The translations under genes were made by a program, and so were the position numbers. The notes under the pieces are model-generated. The model saw only the letters and a list, made by a program, of their open reading frames with translations. It did not search any database and was not told where the DNA came from. From Actinomycetota bacterium (GTDB lineage Bacteria; Actinomycetota; Acidimicrobiia; Spongiisociales; UBA4744), in the NCBI GenBank assembly GCA_013152275.1, contig JAADGS010000018.1, positions 80,136-144,135 of the forward strand: a stretch of 64,000 bases of DNA, given 5' to 3'. Positions 18,208 through 27,563 of the stretch are shown here, piece after piece; within the stretch, counting starts at the first letter, position 1, and each line of letters starts with the position of its first letter.

Positions 18208-20085
18208 CTAATAGCCTTGCGCGGTGAGTTGCGCTTCATCGAAGGTGAGCTCACGCAGTGCCGCGGCGAAGGCGTCATAGTCCTGTTCGGTGAACATGAG
18301 GGTGCTGATCCAGATGATGACGCTGTGATCATCGTTCCACGCGGCAATGTCGAGCCGCGTTCCGTCGAGGTAGTCGGTGGTGCAATGGTTCCAGAAGTTG
18401 TACAGCCCGTTGTAGGTGCCGTCGTCATACACGCCCATCATGCCGCTCACACCATCGGTGCCGCCGATGCAGCGGTCCGACCTGTTGTGTGAGCGGATCC
18501 ACATCTCGGGGGTCCACGAGTCGTACGGGGTCTTGTGGGCGATGCCGATCTGGAAGCCGGGCGCGGTCCAGCCGGTCGTGTAGTCGCTGATGTCATAGCT
18601 GCCGACGGCGTAGAGTTCTATGCCGGTGCCATACGGTCCGTCGGGCGATGCGTACAGCGGTGTCGCATCGACGGTGAGTTCGGAATCGAAGTCGTCGGCT
18701 TTGACGGTGTGGATGACACCATGGGAGTCGACCAGGTCGAGATACTCCACCGGCCACGGTTCGGTGGCTACCAGGTAGAAGCCTGTCGTCTTGATCCAGT
18801 CGAAGTTGTCGGTGGCATCTTCTGGTGACATTCCGGTCGGCAGAGTGGTCGTGGTGGAGGGAGGCAGGGGCCTGGACGTCGTCGTGGTGCCCATTGCGGT
18901 ACCGGTTGGGGTACTGGTCGCGGTACCGGTTGCGGACCATGTCTGTCCTGTGGAGGTGAAGGGGATGCCGGAGGAGATGTCACCTTCGTAGAACAGGTTT
19001 TCCGATGGACGGTAGGTGTTGATACGGGTCGGTACGGCGGTGCCGTGAGTGAGGATCGTGTCGCAGTACTGGCTGATTCCGCCGAGGTCGGTGTAGGCGG
19101 GTGCACCTTCGACGTCGACGATGATGTCCCCGGCCTTGATCCCTGCCGTTTCTGCGGGGCTGTTCGGGACGACTGCACGCACGAACAGGCCGGTGGGCAA
19201 ACTGCCGTCGGCGGCTTGGTAAGCGAGCGCGTTGAGTCCGATGGTGGTGAGAGACGTGCCGGAGGCGAGCGCTTGGAGTCTTTCGTAGACGAGCATTGTC
19301 TGGAGCGCGTAGAACCCGTCCAGAGGTGCCGGGTAGCCGATGGCGGCGACGTTGCCATGATCGTCGAACACCGGAGCTCCGAACTCGCCGGGGTAGGCGG
19401 GGCTCGTGAGTTCCAGCATTTCGTTGGGGGTGAACGATCTGACGAAGCCGGTGGTCGTCGGCCCGTCGCCGACGGTTCCTTCGGTGACCGTGTAGGCGGG
19501 CAGGTCCGACGGGTATCCGACGACGGTGACATGCTGATCTGCCGTGAGTCCGGAGGTGTTGTCCACGCCGACGTAGTCGAAGTTGTCACCGTCGATGTCG
19601 ATGATGGCCAGGTCGTCGCATTCGTCGATGGCAACGACGACTGCAGAGCGCGCCTGAGAGTCGTTACCGACGAAGACGTCGATGGCGGTCGCTCCGGCGA
19701 CGAGATGGCTGACGGTGACCGCATAGCCGCGCGGGTCGATGATGAATCCTGTTCCAGAGGTCAGGATCGTGTCGTCCAGCCCGGGTGGGTTGACGAACCC
19801 GCCGGCGAGGATACGTACAACGGCCGTGGATGCGGCCTGCGGGTCGGTGACGAGGACACCGGTTTCGGCACCGCCGTTGTCCGCAGGTGCGCCACCGGCG
19901 ATGGTGCTCGGCGTGGTCGCCTGGCCTGGAGCATCGGGGCTTTGGGGCACGGTGGTGGAGACGCCGGGTTGGGTCGTCTTGCCGAAAGCGAGGCCGACGT
20001 GACGGGTCGGGACATCGATCTGCACGGTGCACGCGGCGAGAATGACCGCCGCGGCCAGCAAGACGAAGCTGCGGTGAATACTCAT
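18208..20085 (-). CDS. Secreted lipoprotein with a trypsin-like (S1C/HtrA-type) fold whose catalytic Ser is replaced, a PDZ domain and a C-terminal domain of unknown function
   Basis: Lipobox LAAC follows a signal peptide. RBS GAGGA lies 5 nt before ATG 20085. His (VTVSHLV) and Asp (DLAIIDID) are retained, but the GNSGGP position reads GEFGAP. The PDZ block GLFVRAVVPNSPAETAGIKAGDIIV is intact. The C-terminal ~230 aa are Trp/Tyr/Asp-rich and uncharacterised. Confidence 0.7.
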   Translation of the reverse strand: MSIHRSFVLLAAAVILAACTVQIDVPTRHVGLAFGKTTQPGVSTTVPQSPDAPGQATTPSTIAGGAPADNGGAETGVLVTDPQAASTAVVRILAGGFVNPPGLDDTILTSGTGFIIDPRGYAVTVSHLVAGATAIDVFVGNDSQARSAVVVAIDECDDLAIIDIDGDNFDYVGVDNTSGLTADQHVTVVGYPSDLPAYTVTEGTVGDGPTTTGFVRSFTPNEMLELTSPAYPGEFGAPVFDDHGNVAAIGYPAPLDGFYALQTMLVYERLQALASGTSLTTIGLNALAYQAADGSLPTGLFVRAVVPNSPAETAGIKAGDIIVDVEGAPAYTDLGGISQYCDTILTHGTAVPTRINTYRPSENLFYEGDISSGIPFTSTGQTWSATGTATSTPTGTAMGTTTTSRPLPPSTTTTLPTGMSPEDATDNFDWIKTTGFYLVATEPWPVEYLDLVDSHGVIHTVKADDFDSELTVDATPLYASPDGPYGTGIELYAVGSYDISDYTTGWTAPGFQIGIAHKTPYDSWTPEMWIRSHNRSDRCIGGTDGVSGMMGVYDDGTYNGLYNFWNHCTTDYLDGTRLDIAAWNDDHSVIIWISTLMFTEQDYDAFAAALRELTFDEAQLTAQGY

Positions 20086-20414
20086 GATGTCCTCATTGTC
20101 TTTGCGGCTGATCGGGGCAGGTCTGAACACTCATGTCGAGATACGGGGACGCATCATAACGAGTGACATGCGAGGTTCCTCTCGAAGATGCACCAAGGTG
20201 CGCCTCGATGTGGCAGTCGTTGGTGACGGCGGTGGTCTCGACGCAGACTTCACGGAGGAGGGCTTGGAGGCTGTGGCCTAGAACGACCGATAACGAGTGG
20301 TGACGCGACAACACGTGACACGACCCCGACCGCAGGATCTCACCGGCTTCATGCCGGATTCTCATGTCCTTTTCATAGAGCCCGCGTATGTTTGAAGAAG
20401 TGAAGGAGGTATTC

Positions 20415-20711
20415 ATGTTGGCCGCAACGACACTCGCGCAGCCCATCAGACTCGGGTTCGATCGCATGGGAGACTGGGGTTGGGGTTGGACCTGGGGGGC
20501 AGCGGTCTTCATGGGCATGCTGGCCGCATTGTTCATCGCCCTGCTCGTCTGGTTCGTCGTCTCGATGGCCGGTCGGCGTGACGACACGAGCACGCCCTCG
20601 GCGCCGTCCGCTTCGCCATCGCGCGCGAGGGCGGTGCTCGACGAGCGGTACGCCAAGGGTGAGATCGATCGAGACGAGTACCTGCAACGCAAGGCCGATC
20701 TCGAAAGCTGA
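20415..20711 (+). CDS. SHOCT-domain membrane protein
   Basis: RBS AAGGAGG lies 5 nt before ATG 20415. An N-terminal Trp-rich helix (GDWGWGWTWG) precedes a TM segment and a C-terminal SHOCT motif (RYAKGEIDRDEYLQRKADL). Confidence 0.6.
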   Translation: MLAATTLAQPIRLGFDRMGDWGWGWTWGAAVFMGMLAALFIALLVWFVVSMAGRRDDTSTPSAPSASPSRARAVLDERYAKGEIDRDEYLQRKADLES

Positions 20712-20806
20712 TTCGACATCGTGGGTGGGCGGCGTTTCGCCCACCCACGAGCCGTTTGGAGCGTCGCCGTCGTGTCGCAGACATGTGTCGGCGGCGCCGC
20801 CGTCGA

Positions 20807-21661
20807 TCATGCTTCGGTGGGCGACGACGTGCTCTCGGCTCGAGGCTTGCTCGCCACGAAGCGAACGCTCGACACGTTGCCGGCGAGCGCTTCGAGAGTC
20901 TCCGTGGATCGTTGCTCGCAGCAGCCGGATGCCGCTTCGGGAAGGTCAGAGTCGATGATGGCGGCAATCTGGGTTGCGTCATACGTGAGCCGATCTGCGA
21001 CGTGTACGTCGTCGAGGCCGGCGTCCTGGAGCCCAAGGAGGTAGTCGTGTTCGCCGATCGCCCCTCCGACGCACGAGCAGTAGAGAACCGGATCGTCACG
21101 AACCCAGTCAGGGAGGTCTTCGACCACGAGGTCGGACACGGACATGCGACCCCCGGGCTTGAGGACTCGAGCGATCTCCGCGAACACGTTCTCTTTCTCG
21201 GGTGAAAGGTTGATCACGCAGTTCGAGATGACCCAGTCGACCGAGTCGCCGTCCACCGGGAGGTCCTCGATGATGCCTTTGCGGACCTCCACGTTCGTGA
21301 GTCCGGACGCCGCGATGTTCTCGCGTGCCTTGGCGATCATCGCATCGGTCATGTCGATGCCGATCACGTGACCGGTGGGACCGACCTTCTTGGCGGCAAG
21401 AAGGAGATCGATGCCGGCTCCGGACCCCAGGTCCACAACGACGTCGCCGGGTTTGAGATCGGCGAGCGCGACCGGGTTGCCGCAGCCGAACGAGTTGGCG
21501 ACCGCTTCCGGGGGGAGATCCCGCAGTTCCGATTCTTCATAGCCTGCGAGCTGGGCCGTGACCCCTCTGGAGGTCGGTTCGCCACAGCAACCGCCGGTTC
21601 TCGCCACGGCGTCTGCATAGGCCTTGGACACTTGCCGGCGTGTGGTCTCGACATCAGACAT
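20807..21661 (-). CDS. arsM: Arsenite S-adenosylmethionine methyltransferase (ArsM)
   Basis: SAM motif VVDLGSGAGID and conserved cysteines (GCCGEP, FGCGNP, CSCVGG) are present. The start ATG at 21661 overlaps the arsR 3' end by 8 nt. The track ORF is over-extended upstream. Confidence 0.8.
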   Translation of the reverse strand: MSDVETTRRQVSKAYADAVARTGGCCGEPTSRGVTAQLAGYEESELRDLPPEAVANSFGCGNPVALADLKPGDVVVDLGSGAGIDLLLAAKKVGPTGHVIGIDMTDAMIAKARENIAASGLTNVEVRKGIIEDLPVDGDSVDWVISNCVINLSPEKENVFAEIARVLKPGGRMSVSDLVVEDLPDWVRDDPVLYCSCVGGAIGEHDYLLGLQDAGLDDVHVADRLTYDATQIAAIIDSDLPEAASGCCEQRSTETLEALAGNVSSVRFVASKPRAESTSSPTEA

Positions 21662-22034
21662 CGGATTCCCTCTCTTTGTCGTGTGTGCTCTTGGGACTGC
21701 AGCAGGCCTCGAGCGCGTCGGCGATCGACCGAAGGTTCGCGGCGAGTTCCGCGTAGGGGACCGAATAGAAGACCTCTCGTCCCCGTTTCTCCGCGATGAG
21801 AACGCCCGCGTCGCGCATGGTGGCCAGATGCCGGGACACGACCGACAGGTCGACGGGGCAACAGCCGGCGGCCTCCGAGACCGTGGACGGTTCACCTTCG
21901 GTCGACAGCGTCACCAGCAAGAGGATCCGGTTGGGATCGCTCAGTGCCTTGAAGAGCTCGGGTCGCAGCACCTCTTGGAGGCGGTCGCCGTTGCAGCACG
22001 CTGCGTCGGTTTGGTCATTGCATACTTGCGTCAC
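21654..22034 (-). CDS. arsR: ArsR/SmtB-family metalloregulator (HTH) with N- and C-terminal Cys pairs
   Basis: wHTH block LFKALSDPNRILLLVTL...VSEAAGCCPVDLSVVSRHLATMRDAGVL, with Cys pairs at DAACC and EACCSP. Probable GTG start at 22034. The upstream part of the 363-aa track ORF is antisense to the ABC ATPase gene. Confidence 0.65.
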   Translation of the reverse strand: MTQVCNDQTDAACCNGDRLQEVLRPELFKALSDPNRILLLVTLSTEGEPSTVSEAAGCCPVDLSVVSRHLATMRDAGVLIAEKRGREVFYSVPYAELAANLRSIADALEACCSPKSTHDKERESDV

Positions 22035-22169
22035 AATGCAAAGATTAGTCGAGATCGGTAGAAATGCAACTGCGCCGGTCGTCGACGCTCGTCTCGCGGG
22101 GTGTGGCCCGGTCCTGGGGCCGGTGCACGAATGTTCGTACAGCAGGCCGAGGACGCTAGGTTTGCCTGG

Positions 22170-23081
22170 ATGCCCAGCCTGATCGAGACCTCGGGACTCA
22201 CACACCGCTTCGGTGATGTGGTGGCGCTCGCCGACCTGAGCCTCGAGGTTCCTTCCGGCAGGATCGGTCTGGTTGGAGCCAACGGCGCAGGCAAGACGAC
22301 GCTCATCCGCATCCTGCTCGGCATGCTCACCCCGACGCGGGGCGGCGCTCGGGTGCTCGGCCTCGACGTGCGACACGACGCCCTCGCGCTGCGTTCTCGT
22401 GTCGGGTACATGCCCGAAGGGGCATGTCTTCCCGCGGCGCAGACCGCAGCCGATTTCGTCGCCTTCGCCGCGGAGCTCGCGGGGATCCCTGCCTCGGACT
22501 CGCGGCGCCGTGCGTCCGAGATCCTGTTTCTCGTCGGGTTGCACGAGGAGCGATTCCGCTACCTGGGCGACTTCTCGACCGGCATGCTGCAACGGGTGAA
22601 GCTGGCGCAGGCCATCGTCCACGATCCAGAGGTGACGTTTCTCGATGAACCGGCCGCCGGGCTCGATCCTGAAGGCAGGGAGCACATGCTCGAGTTGATC
22701 ATCCGGCTTGGAGAGTTCGGGATCAGTGTCGTGTATTCGTCGCACATCCTCGCCGACGTCGAGCGGACCTGCGACTGGGTCGTCATGCTCGACGGCGGCC
22801 GACTGGTGCGCTCCGGACCTATCGCGGGGATGGGGAGCGAAGACGCTCTGACGGTCGAGGTTCTGGACGCTCCGGAGGCCTTCGTCCGTTGGCTACGCGA
22901 GCGCGGTGCAGAGGCGGACGCCGCCGGGAGATCGGTCCGAGTCCGGTTCGATGGTGACCCGCTCAACCTGGTGCGGGACGGCCTTGCCGCCACAGGCACG
23001 GGGGTGCACCGGATGGGCCGACGGGCCAGAACCCTCGAAGACGCGTTCATCGAGGATGCTCGACCTCGGGAGACGACGTGA
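22170..23081 (+). CDS. ABC transporter ATP-binding protein (exporter type)
   Basis: Walker A GANGAGKTT, signature FSTGMLQRV and Walker B FLDEPAAGLD are present. Start is taken at the third ATG of the track ORF (MPSLIETSGL); assignment is moderate. Confidence 0.8.
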   Translation: MPSLIETSGLTHRFGDVVALADLSLEVPSGRIGLVGANGAGKTTLIRILLGMLTPTRGGARVLGLDVRHDALALRSRVGYMPEGACLPAAQTAADFVAFAAELAGIPASDSRRRASEILFLVGLHEERFRYLGDFSTGMLQRVKLAQAIVHDPEVTFLDEPAAGLDPEGREHMLELIIRLGEFGISVVYSSHILADVERTCDWVVMLDGGRLVRSGPIAGMGSEDALTVEVLDAPEAFVRWLRERGAEADAAGRSVRVRFDGDPLNLVRDGLAATGTGVHRMGRRARTLEDAFIEDARPRETT

Positions 23082-23971
23082 GCGACGCCGTCATCGTCGA
23101 TCGCGGGTACCGGAGCTATGAGGGGCCACGGCTCGGTCGTAGAGGTGCGATCGCGGCGATCGTGCGCGAGAGCATGCGCCGGGCGCTCGGCCTGCGCCGG
23201 AAGGCGAGGCGCAAGATCCTTCCCTGGTCGCTCATCGCGATGGCGATCATCTCCGTCGCGGCACTCGTCGGTCTGCACTGGGCGGCCGCGCGCGTCGGCA
23301 TCGGAGGGATCGTCGCCTCCCGGCTCCCAGGGTACGGGCAGTACTTCGACATCATCTCCAGGATCGCGTTGCTGTTCATCGCGTTCATCACCCCCCAACT
23401 TCTGGCTCCCGATCGCCGCGAAGGTGTGCTCGCCGTCTATTTTTCGCGCCCGCTGCGTCCCGTCGACTACCTGGGCGCCAAGTTCGCGGCGCTCGGGATC
23501 CTCGTCATGGGGTTCTACGTCGTACCCGAGTTCGTGTTCCACATCTCGCTCGCGACGCTCGATCCGGAAGGGTTCTTCCCGTACCTGGGAGCCAATCTCG
23601 ACGTGCTGTGGCAGGTCGCCTTCGTGGCGTTCGTCTATTCCATCGCCTATATCTCGGTCGCGTTCGCCGTGGCTGCGTTCGTTCCGCGTACCGGTCTCGC
23701 GGCGGGCGTGTTCCTCGGGATCATGATCATCCTGAACCAGATCGTTGCTGCCATCGTCGAATTGGGTACCTTCCCCGGCTCTCGGTATGTCGCCCTGCTG
23801 GCGCTCGAGGAGCATCCTCGGATCGTGCGAGATTGGGTGTTCGGCATCACCACGGGCGAGTACACCCCACGTGTGGCCGGGTTCGATCCGTGGGTCTCGC
23901 TCGCCGTCGTGGGGGCTCTCTTCGTACTGGTCGCCGTCGGGGTGTCGGAACGCTATCGGAGATTGACGTGA
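23078..23971 (+). CDS. ABC-2 family transporter permease
   Basis: Has 6 predicted TM helices. Start overlaps the upstream ATPase stop and the stop overlaps the next start (GTGA). Confidence 0.7.
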   Translation: MSDAVIVDRGYRSYEGPRLGRRGAIAAIVRESMRRALGLRRKARRKILPWSLIAMAIISVAALVGLHWAAARVGIGGIVASRLPGYGQYFDIISRIALLFIAFITPQLLAPDRREGVLAVYFSRPLRPVDYLGAKFAALGILVMGFYVVPEFVFHISLATLDPEGFFPYLGANLDVLWQVAFVAFVYSIAYISVAFAVAAFVPRTGLAAGVFLGIMIILNQIVAAIVELGTFPGSRYVALLALEEHPRIVRDWVFGITTGEYTPRVAGFDPWVSLAVVGALFVLVAVGVSERYRRLT

Positions 23972-24906
23972 GTGATCCGCTGTCGCCGTCCGGCCTCACC
24001 GTCGAGGCCCGGGATCTCTCGAGGTGGTTCGGGCAGAAGGTCGCCGTATCGGAGGTGACCTGCGGGTTCGGTCCAGGGGTCACGGGCCTGTTGGGCCCCA
24101 ACGGGGCAGGCAAGACGACCTTGCTGCGTATGCTCACCGGTCTCATTCGTCCATCGGATGGTGAGGTTCGGCTTCTCGGTGTCGACCCGCGATCCCGACC
24201 GGACGTCTATCGACAGGTTGCGCTCGTCCCCGAGGACGAGACCGTTCACGGGTTCCTTACTGCGCGCCAGTTCGTCCAGTTCAACGCCACGCTCCAGCGC
24301 CTGGCAGATCCGGCGTCGGCCGCCGGCAGGGCCTTGGAGCAGGTTGAACTGTCGGAGGTGGCCGACAGGCGTCTGGCGACGTTCTCCAAAGGCATGCGTC
24401 AGCGGGCCAAGGTGGCCGCCATGCTCGTGCACGAGCCTCACGTGCTGTTTCTCGACGAGCCGCTCAACGGGACGGACCCGGTGCAGCGCGCGCACCTGAT
24501 GCGGCTCTTCGTCGAACTCGGTGAACAGGGCAAGACCGTCATCGTGTCCTCCCACGTGCTCGGCGAAGTGGAGCGGATGGCGGATCGGGTCATAGCGATG
24601 ATCGACGGTCGTGTGGCGGGAGCCGGGACGGTCCCCGCACTGCGGGATGCGATGTCCGACATTCCCAGGAGGTTGCGAGTCGGTTGCGACCGCCCTCGAG
24701 TCCTCGCCGCGGCGCTCGTTGCGCACGAGTCCGTGGGTGGTGTCACCGTCGAGGGAGAGGATCTGCTCGGAGTCGAAGCGCTGGACTCCGAGGCGCTTGG
24801 CCGGGCACTGCCGCGTATCGCCGTCGATGCGGACGTGCGGCTGATCTCGGTGGAACCACAGGACGAATCGCTCGAGAGCACGTTTCGATACCTGGTGAGC
24901 CGATGA
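23968..24906 (+). CDS. ABC transporter ATP-binding protein (second ATPase)
   Basis: GTG start is in frame with the track ORF. Walker A GPNGAGKTT, signature FSKGMRQRA and Walker B FLDEP are present. Confidence 0.8.
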   Translation: MSDPLSPSGLTVEARDLSRWFGQKVAVSEVTCGFGPGVTGLLGPNGAGKTTLLRMLTGLIRPSDGEVRLLGVDPRSRPDVYRQVALVPEDETVHGFLTARQFVQFNATLQRLADPASAAGRALEQVELSEVADRRLATFSKGMRQRAKVAAMLVHEPHVLFLDEPLNGTDPVQRAHLMRLFVELGEQGKTVIVSSHVLGEVERMADRVIAMIDGRVAGAGTVPALRDAMSDIPRRLRVGCDRPRVLAAALVAHESVGGVTVEGEDLLGVEALDSEALGRALPRIAVDADVRLISVEPQDESLESTFRYLVSR

Positions 24907-25646
24907 AGGTCTTCTCGGCCATCTGCATGGTCACGTTGCGCGGGTTGATGAGCCGCCGGCGGGTCACCGGCCTGCTCTTGCTGACCGTGCTCCCGGCGAT
25001 CATCGTCGCGCTGGTCGGCAAGGGTGCAGGCGACCCCGAGCAGTTGACCCGGGGGTTGACGGTGGGCGTTCTCTTGGCTGTGGCGATTCCGGTGGTTGCC
25101 CTCGTCAACTCGTCCGCCGCGCTCGGTGACCCGCGACGTGAGCATCTGCTGCCGTTCCTGACGCTGAAACCGATTCCACGATCGGTCATCGCCGGCGCGG
25201 TATTCGTCGGTTCGGTCGTTGCGACGCTCGGCATCGGAGGAGTTGGTGTTGCGGCCCTGTGGCTCGCCGGTGGCTGGGTGACCGGTTCCTGGAGCATCGG
25301 CCTGCCTGCGGCCGTCGCGCTGGTCGTATCCGCCCTCTCTTACGGGGCGGTGTTCATCCCGGTCGGGTACCTGTTCAGGAGAGGAACACTGATCGGTCTG
25401 ATCTACCTGTTCTTCTGGGAGGCGATCCTGGCCTCGGCCGTCACCACCCTGGCGGCATCGTCGCTGTGGCGAATCGGGCTGTCCGCGTATCTCGGGTTGG
25501 TGGCCGAGCCTGCTCAGGAGTTCGTGGACCTGCTCGGCACCGTGCAGGCGGGCGTCGGTGGTGCGTTCGCCAAGGCAGGCGTGCTCGTCGTCATATCTCT
25601 CGTGCTGACGACGTGGCTGCTGCGAAGCCGGGATCAGGTGGTGTAG
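24903..25646 (+). CDS. ABC-2 family transporter permease (second)
   Basis: ATG 24903 overlaps the upstream stop (ATGA). Has 6 predicted TM helices. Confidence 0.65.
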   Translation: MKVFSAICMVTLRGLMSRRRVTGLLLLTVLPAIIVALVGKGAGDPEQLTRGLTVGVLLAVAIPVVALVNSSAALGDPRREHLLPFLTLKPIPRSVIAGAVFVGSVVATLGIGGVGVAALWLAGGWVTGSWSIGLPAAVALVVSALSYGAVFIPVGYLFRRGTLIGLIYLFFWEAILASAVTTLAASSLWRIGLSAYLGLVAEPAQEFVDLLGTVQAGVGGAFAKAGVLVVISLVLTTWLLRSRDQVV

Positions 25647-25665
25647 CCGGCACCTGCAGTTCGGC

Positions 25666-26436
25666 TCAAGCCGGCTGCCGACCGTGGCTACGGCCGAGCA
25701 GATACGTTGCCGTGGCGACCCCGGCCGCACCCGCGACCGCGGTCGTCGTGCCGATCACCCGTTTCGCCGTTCTGGAGAACTCGATGATCGGCCACCCTCG
25801 GTGATAGGCGATTGATTCGAGTGCCCGATCGGGATTGACGGCGACGGGATGTCCGACCAGCTCCAGCATCGGGAGATCGGAGACCGAATCCGAGTAGGCG
25901 TAGCACAGGCGCAGGTCGTAGCCCCGCTCGGACGCCAGCTTCGAGACGGCGGTCGCCTTTCCCTTTCCGTAGCAGAACGGCTCCGACAGCCGCCCGGTGT
26001 AGACACCGTCGGAGATCTCCGAGACGGTGCCGATCCCGCCGGTCATGCCGATCGCCTGCGCGAACTCGCGGACGATCTCGATCGGAGAAGCGGACACGAT
26101 ATAGGTGTCCCTGCCGGCTTCGTCGTGCAGATCGATGAGCGCCTGAGACTCTCTTCGGACCGCTTCGAGGAGCTGTGCGATCACCTCGTCGCCGATGTCC
26201 TCCACTGCGGTGACCGGTTTTCCCTTGATCGCCTCGAGGATCCTGTCACGAACGGCGTCCGCCTTCTCGTCCGAGGAACCCCCAAACCGGAAGAGGACGG
26301 CGTTGACGGCATCGCCGAAGAGCTGGTTGGTCGTGACCATGCCGTGGCGCCACGCTGCCATCCCGAAGGCGAACACCGAAGACCCCGAGATCAGCGTTCT
26401 GTCGAGGTCGAAGAATGCGGCTGCCGCGTCGTCCAT
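25666..26436 (-). CDS. HAD-IB family hydrolase (phosphoserine-phosphatase-like)
   Basis: Motif I FFDLDRTL, motif II VSASP and motif III-IV K-x-AV...YSDSVSDLPML are present. Confidence 0.8.
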   Translation of the reverse strand: MDDAAAAFFDLDRTLISGSSVFAFGMAAWRHGMVTTNQLFGDAVNAVLFRFGGSSDEKADAVRDRILEAIKGKPVTAVEDIGDEVIAQLLEAVRRESQALIDLHDEAGRDTYIVSASPIEIVREFAQAIGMTGGIGTVSEISDGVYTGRLSEPFCYGKGKATAVSKLASERGYDLRLCYAYSDSVSDLPMLELVGHPVAVNPDRALESIAYHRGWPIIEFSRTAKRVIGTTTAVAGAAGVATATYLLGRSHGRQPA

Positions 26437-26472
26437 GCGCCGAGGCTATCACGCGGACGCTACGCTAGACCC

Positions 26473-27516
26473 GTGGCTGCAGAAGAAGAACGTATCGCCC
26501 TGTTTCTGGACTACGAGAACCTGGCCATTGGCGCCAGGGACATCGGCCTCCAATTCGACTTCAAACCGATCGCCGACGCCCTCGCCGAGCGCGGGAGGGT
26601 GGTGGTGCGGAAGGCGTATGCGGAATGGTCGGCCTTTCCGGACGACCGCCGCATGTTGACACGGCACAACGTAGAGCTCACCGAGATCCCACAGCGCCTC
26701 GGCGCCGTGCGCAAGAACGCCGCCGACATCAAGATGGCCGTCGACGCGATCGAACTCGCATTCGAGAGGGGATACCTGACGACGTTCGTTCTCGGGACGG
26801 GGGACAGTGACTTCACCCCGCTCGTTCACAAACTGCGGTCGCTCAACAAGCAGGTCATCGGCGTCGGCGTCAAGGGGTCCACATCCGCCCTCCTGCCTCC
26901 TGCATGCGACGAGTTCCTCTTCTACGAACGGCTCAAGGGAGTCGAATCACCACGGCCCCGCAGGAAGAGCGTCGTCCGGGAAGAGAAGCCGGTGGAGATC
27001 GAGACCGAGACCGAGACCGGTGAGAACGGTTCCATCGAAGATCTGATCACGTTGGTCACCCAGACGCTCGCAGGGCTGCAGAGCACGTCGGGTGGCGCCG
27101 TCGTCGCGTCGAGTCTCAAGCGGGCGATACTCCGCAAGGACCCGACGTTCTCCGAGTCGGACTTCGGGTTCAGAGGATTCGGCGAGCTGTTGCGTCACCT
27201 CGAATCGAGGAACGCGATCGAGTTGGGGGAGGGTCCGGCGAAGGGTGACCCCGTCGTCAGTTTCACGACCGAAGGCAAGGGGGAGGAAGAGGCCTTCGGT
27301 CTGCTGCGTCAGGTCGTGCTCGAACTCGAGAGCGGAGGGGGCCCTCCACTGTTGTCCGGACTGAAGAACCAGATGCGCAAACGAAGCCCCGGTTTCTCGG
27401 AGAAACGCTACGGCTTCAGCGGCTTCCTCCAGTTCTGCAAGGCCGCTCGCACCCGTGGCATCATCGATCTGCGCTGGGACGACGACGCAGGCGACTACGT
27501 GGTGAGCTCACGATGA
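26473..27516 (+). CDS. NYN (LabA-like) ribonuclease-fold domain protein with two OST-HTH/LOTUS domains
   Basis: The NYN block LFLDYENL...VRKAYAEW...VLGTGDSDFTPLV is followed by two OST-HTH-like repeats (LKRAILRKDPTFSESDFGFRGFGELL and LKNQMRKRSPGFSEKRYGFSGFLQF). The GTG start was inferred: the upstream part of the track ORF is antisense to the HAD gene. The start remains uncertain. Confidence 0.65.
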   Translation: MAAEEERIALFLDYENLAIGARDIGLQFDFKPIADALAERGRVVVRKAYAEWSAFPDDRRMLTRHNVELTEIPQRLGAVRKNAADIKMAVDAIELAFERGYLTTFVLGTGDSDFTPLVHKLRSLNKQVIGVGVKGSTSALLPPACDEFLFYERLKGVESPRPRRKSVVREEKPVEIETETETGENGSIEDLITLVTQTLAGLQSTSGGAVVASSLKRAILRKDPTFSESDFGFRGFGELLRHLESRNAIELGEGPAKGDPVVSFTTEGKGEEEAFGLLRQVVLELESGGGPPLLSGLKNQMRKRSPGFSEKRYGFSGFLQFCKAARTRGIIDLRWDDDAGDYVVSSR

Positions 27517-27563
27517 GAAGCGGGCCCGTGAAGGCCCGCCACCCATCTGTCGATCTGAGCTGA

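Noticed and set aside
22035-22745. Upstream two-thirds of the 363-aa minus-strand ORF containing arsR
   Set aside because: It is antisense to the ABC ATPase gene. ArsR homology is confined to the last ~126 codons.
25849-26472. N-terminal 208 codons of the 555-aa track ORF
   Set aside because: This part is antisense to the HAD hydrolase gene. The NYN homology begins only after a GTG at 26473.
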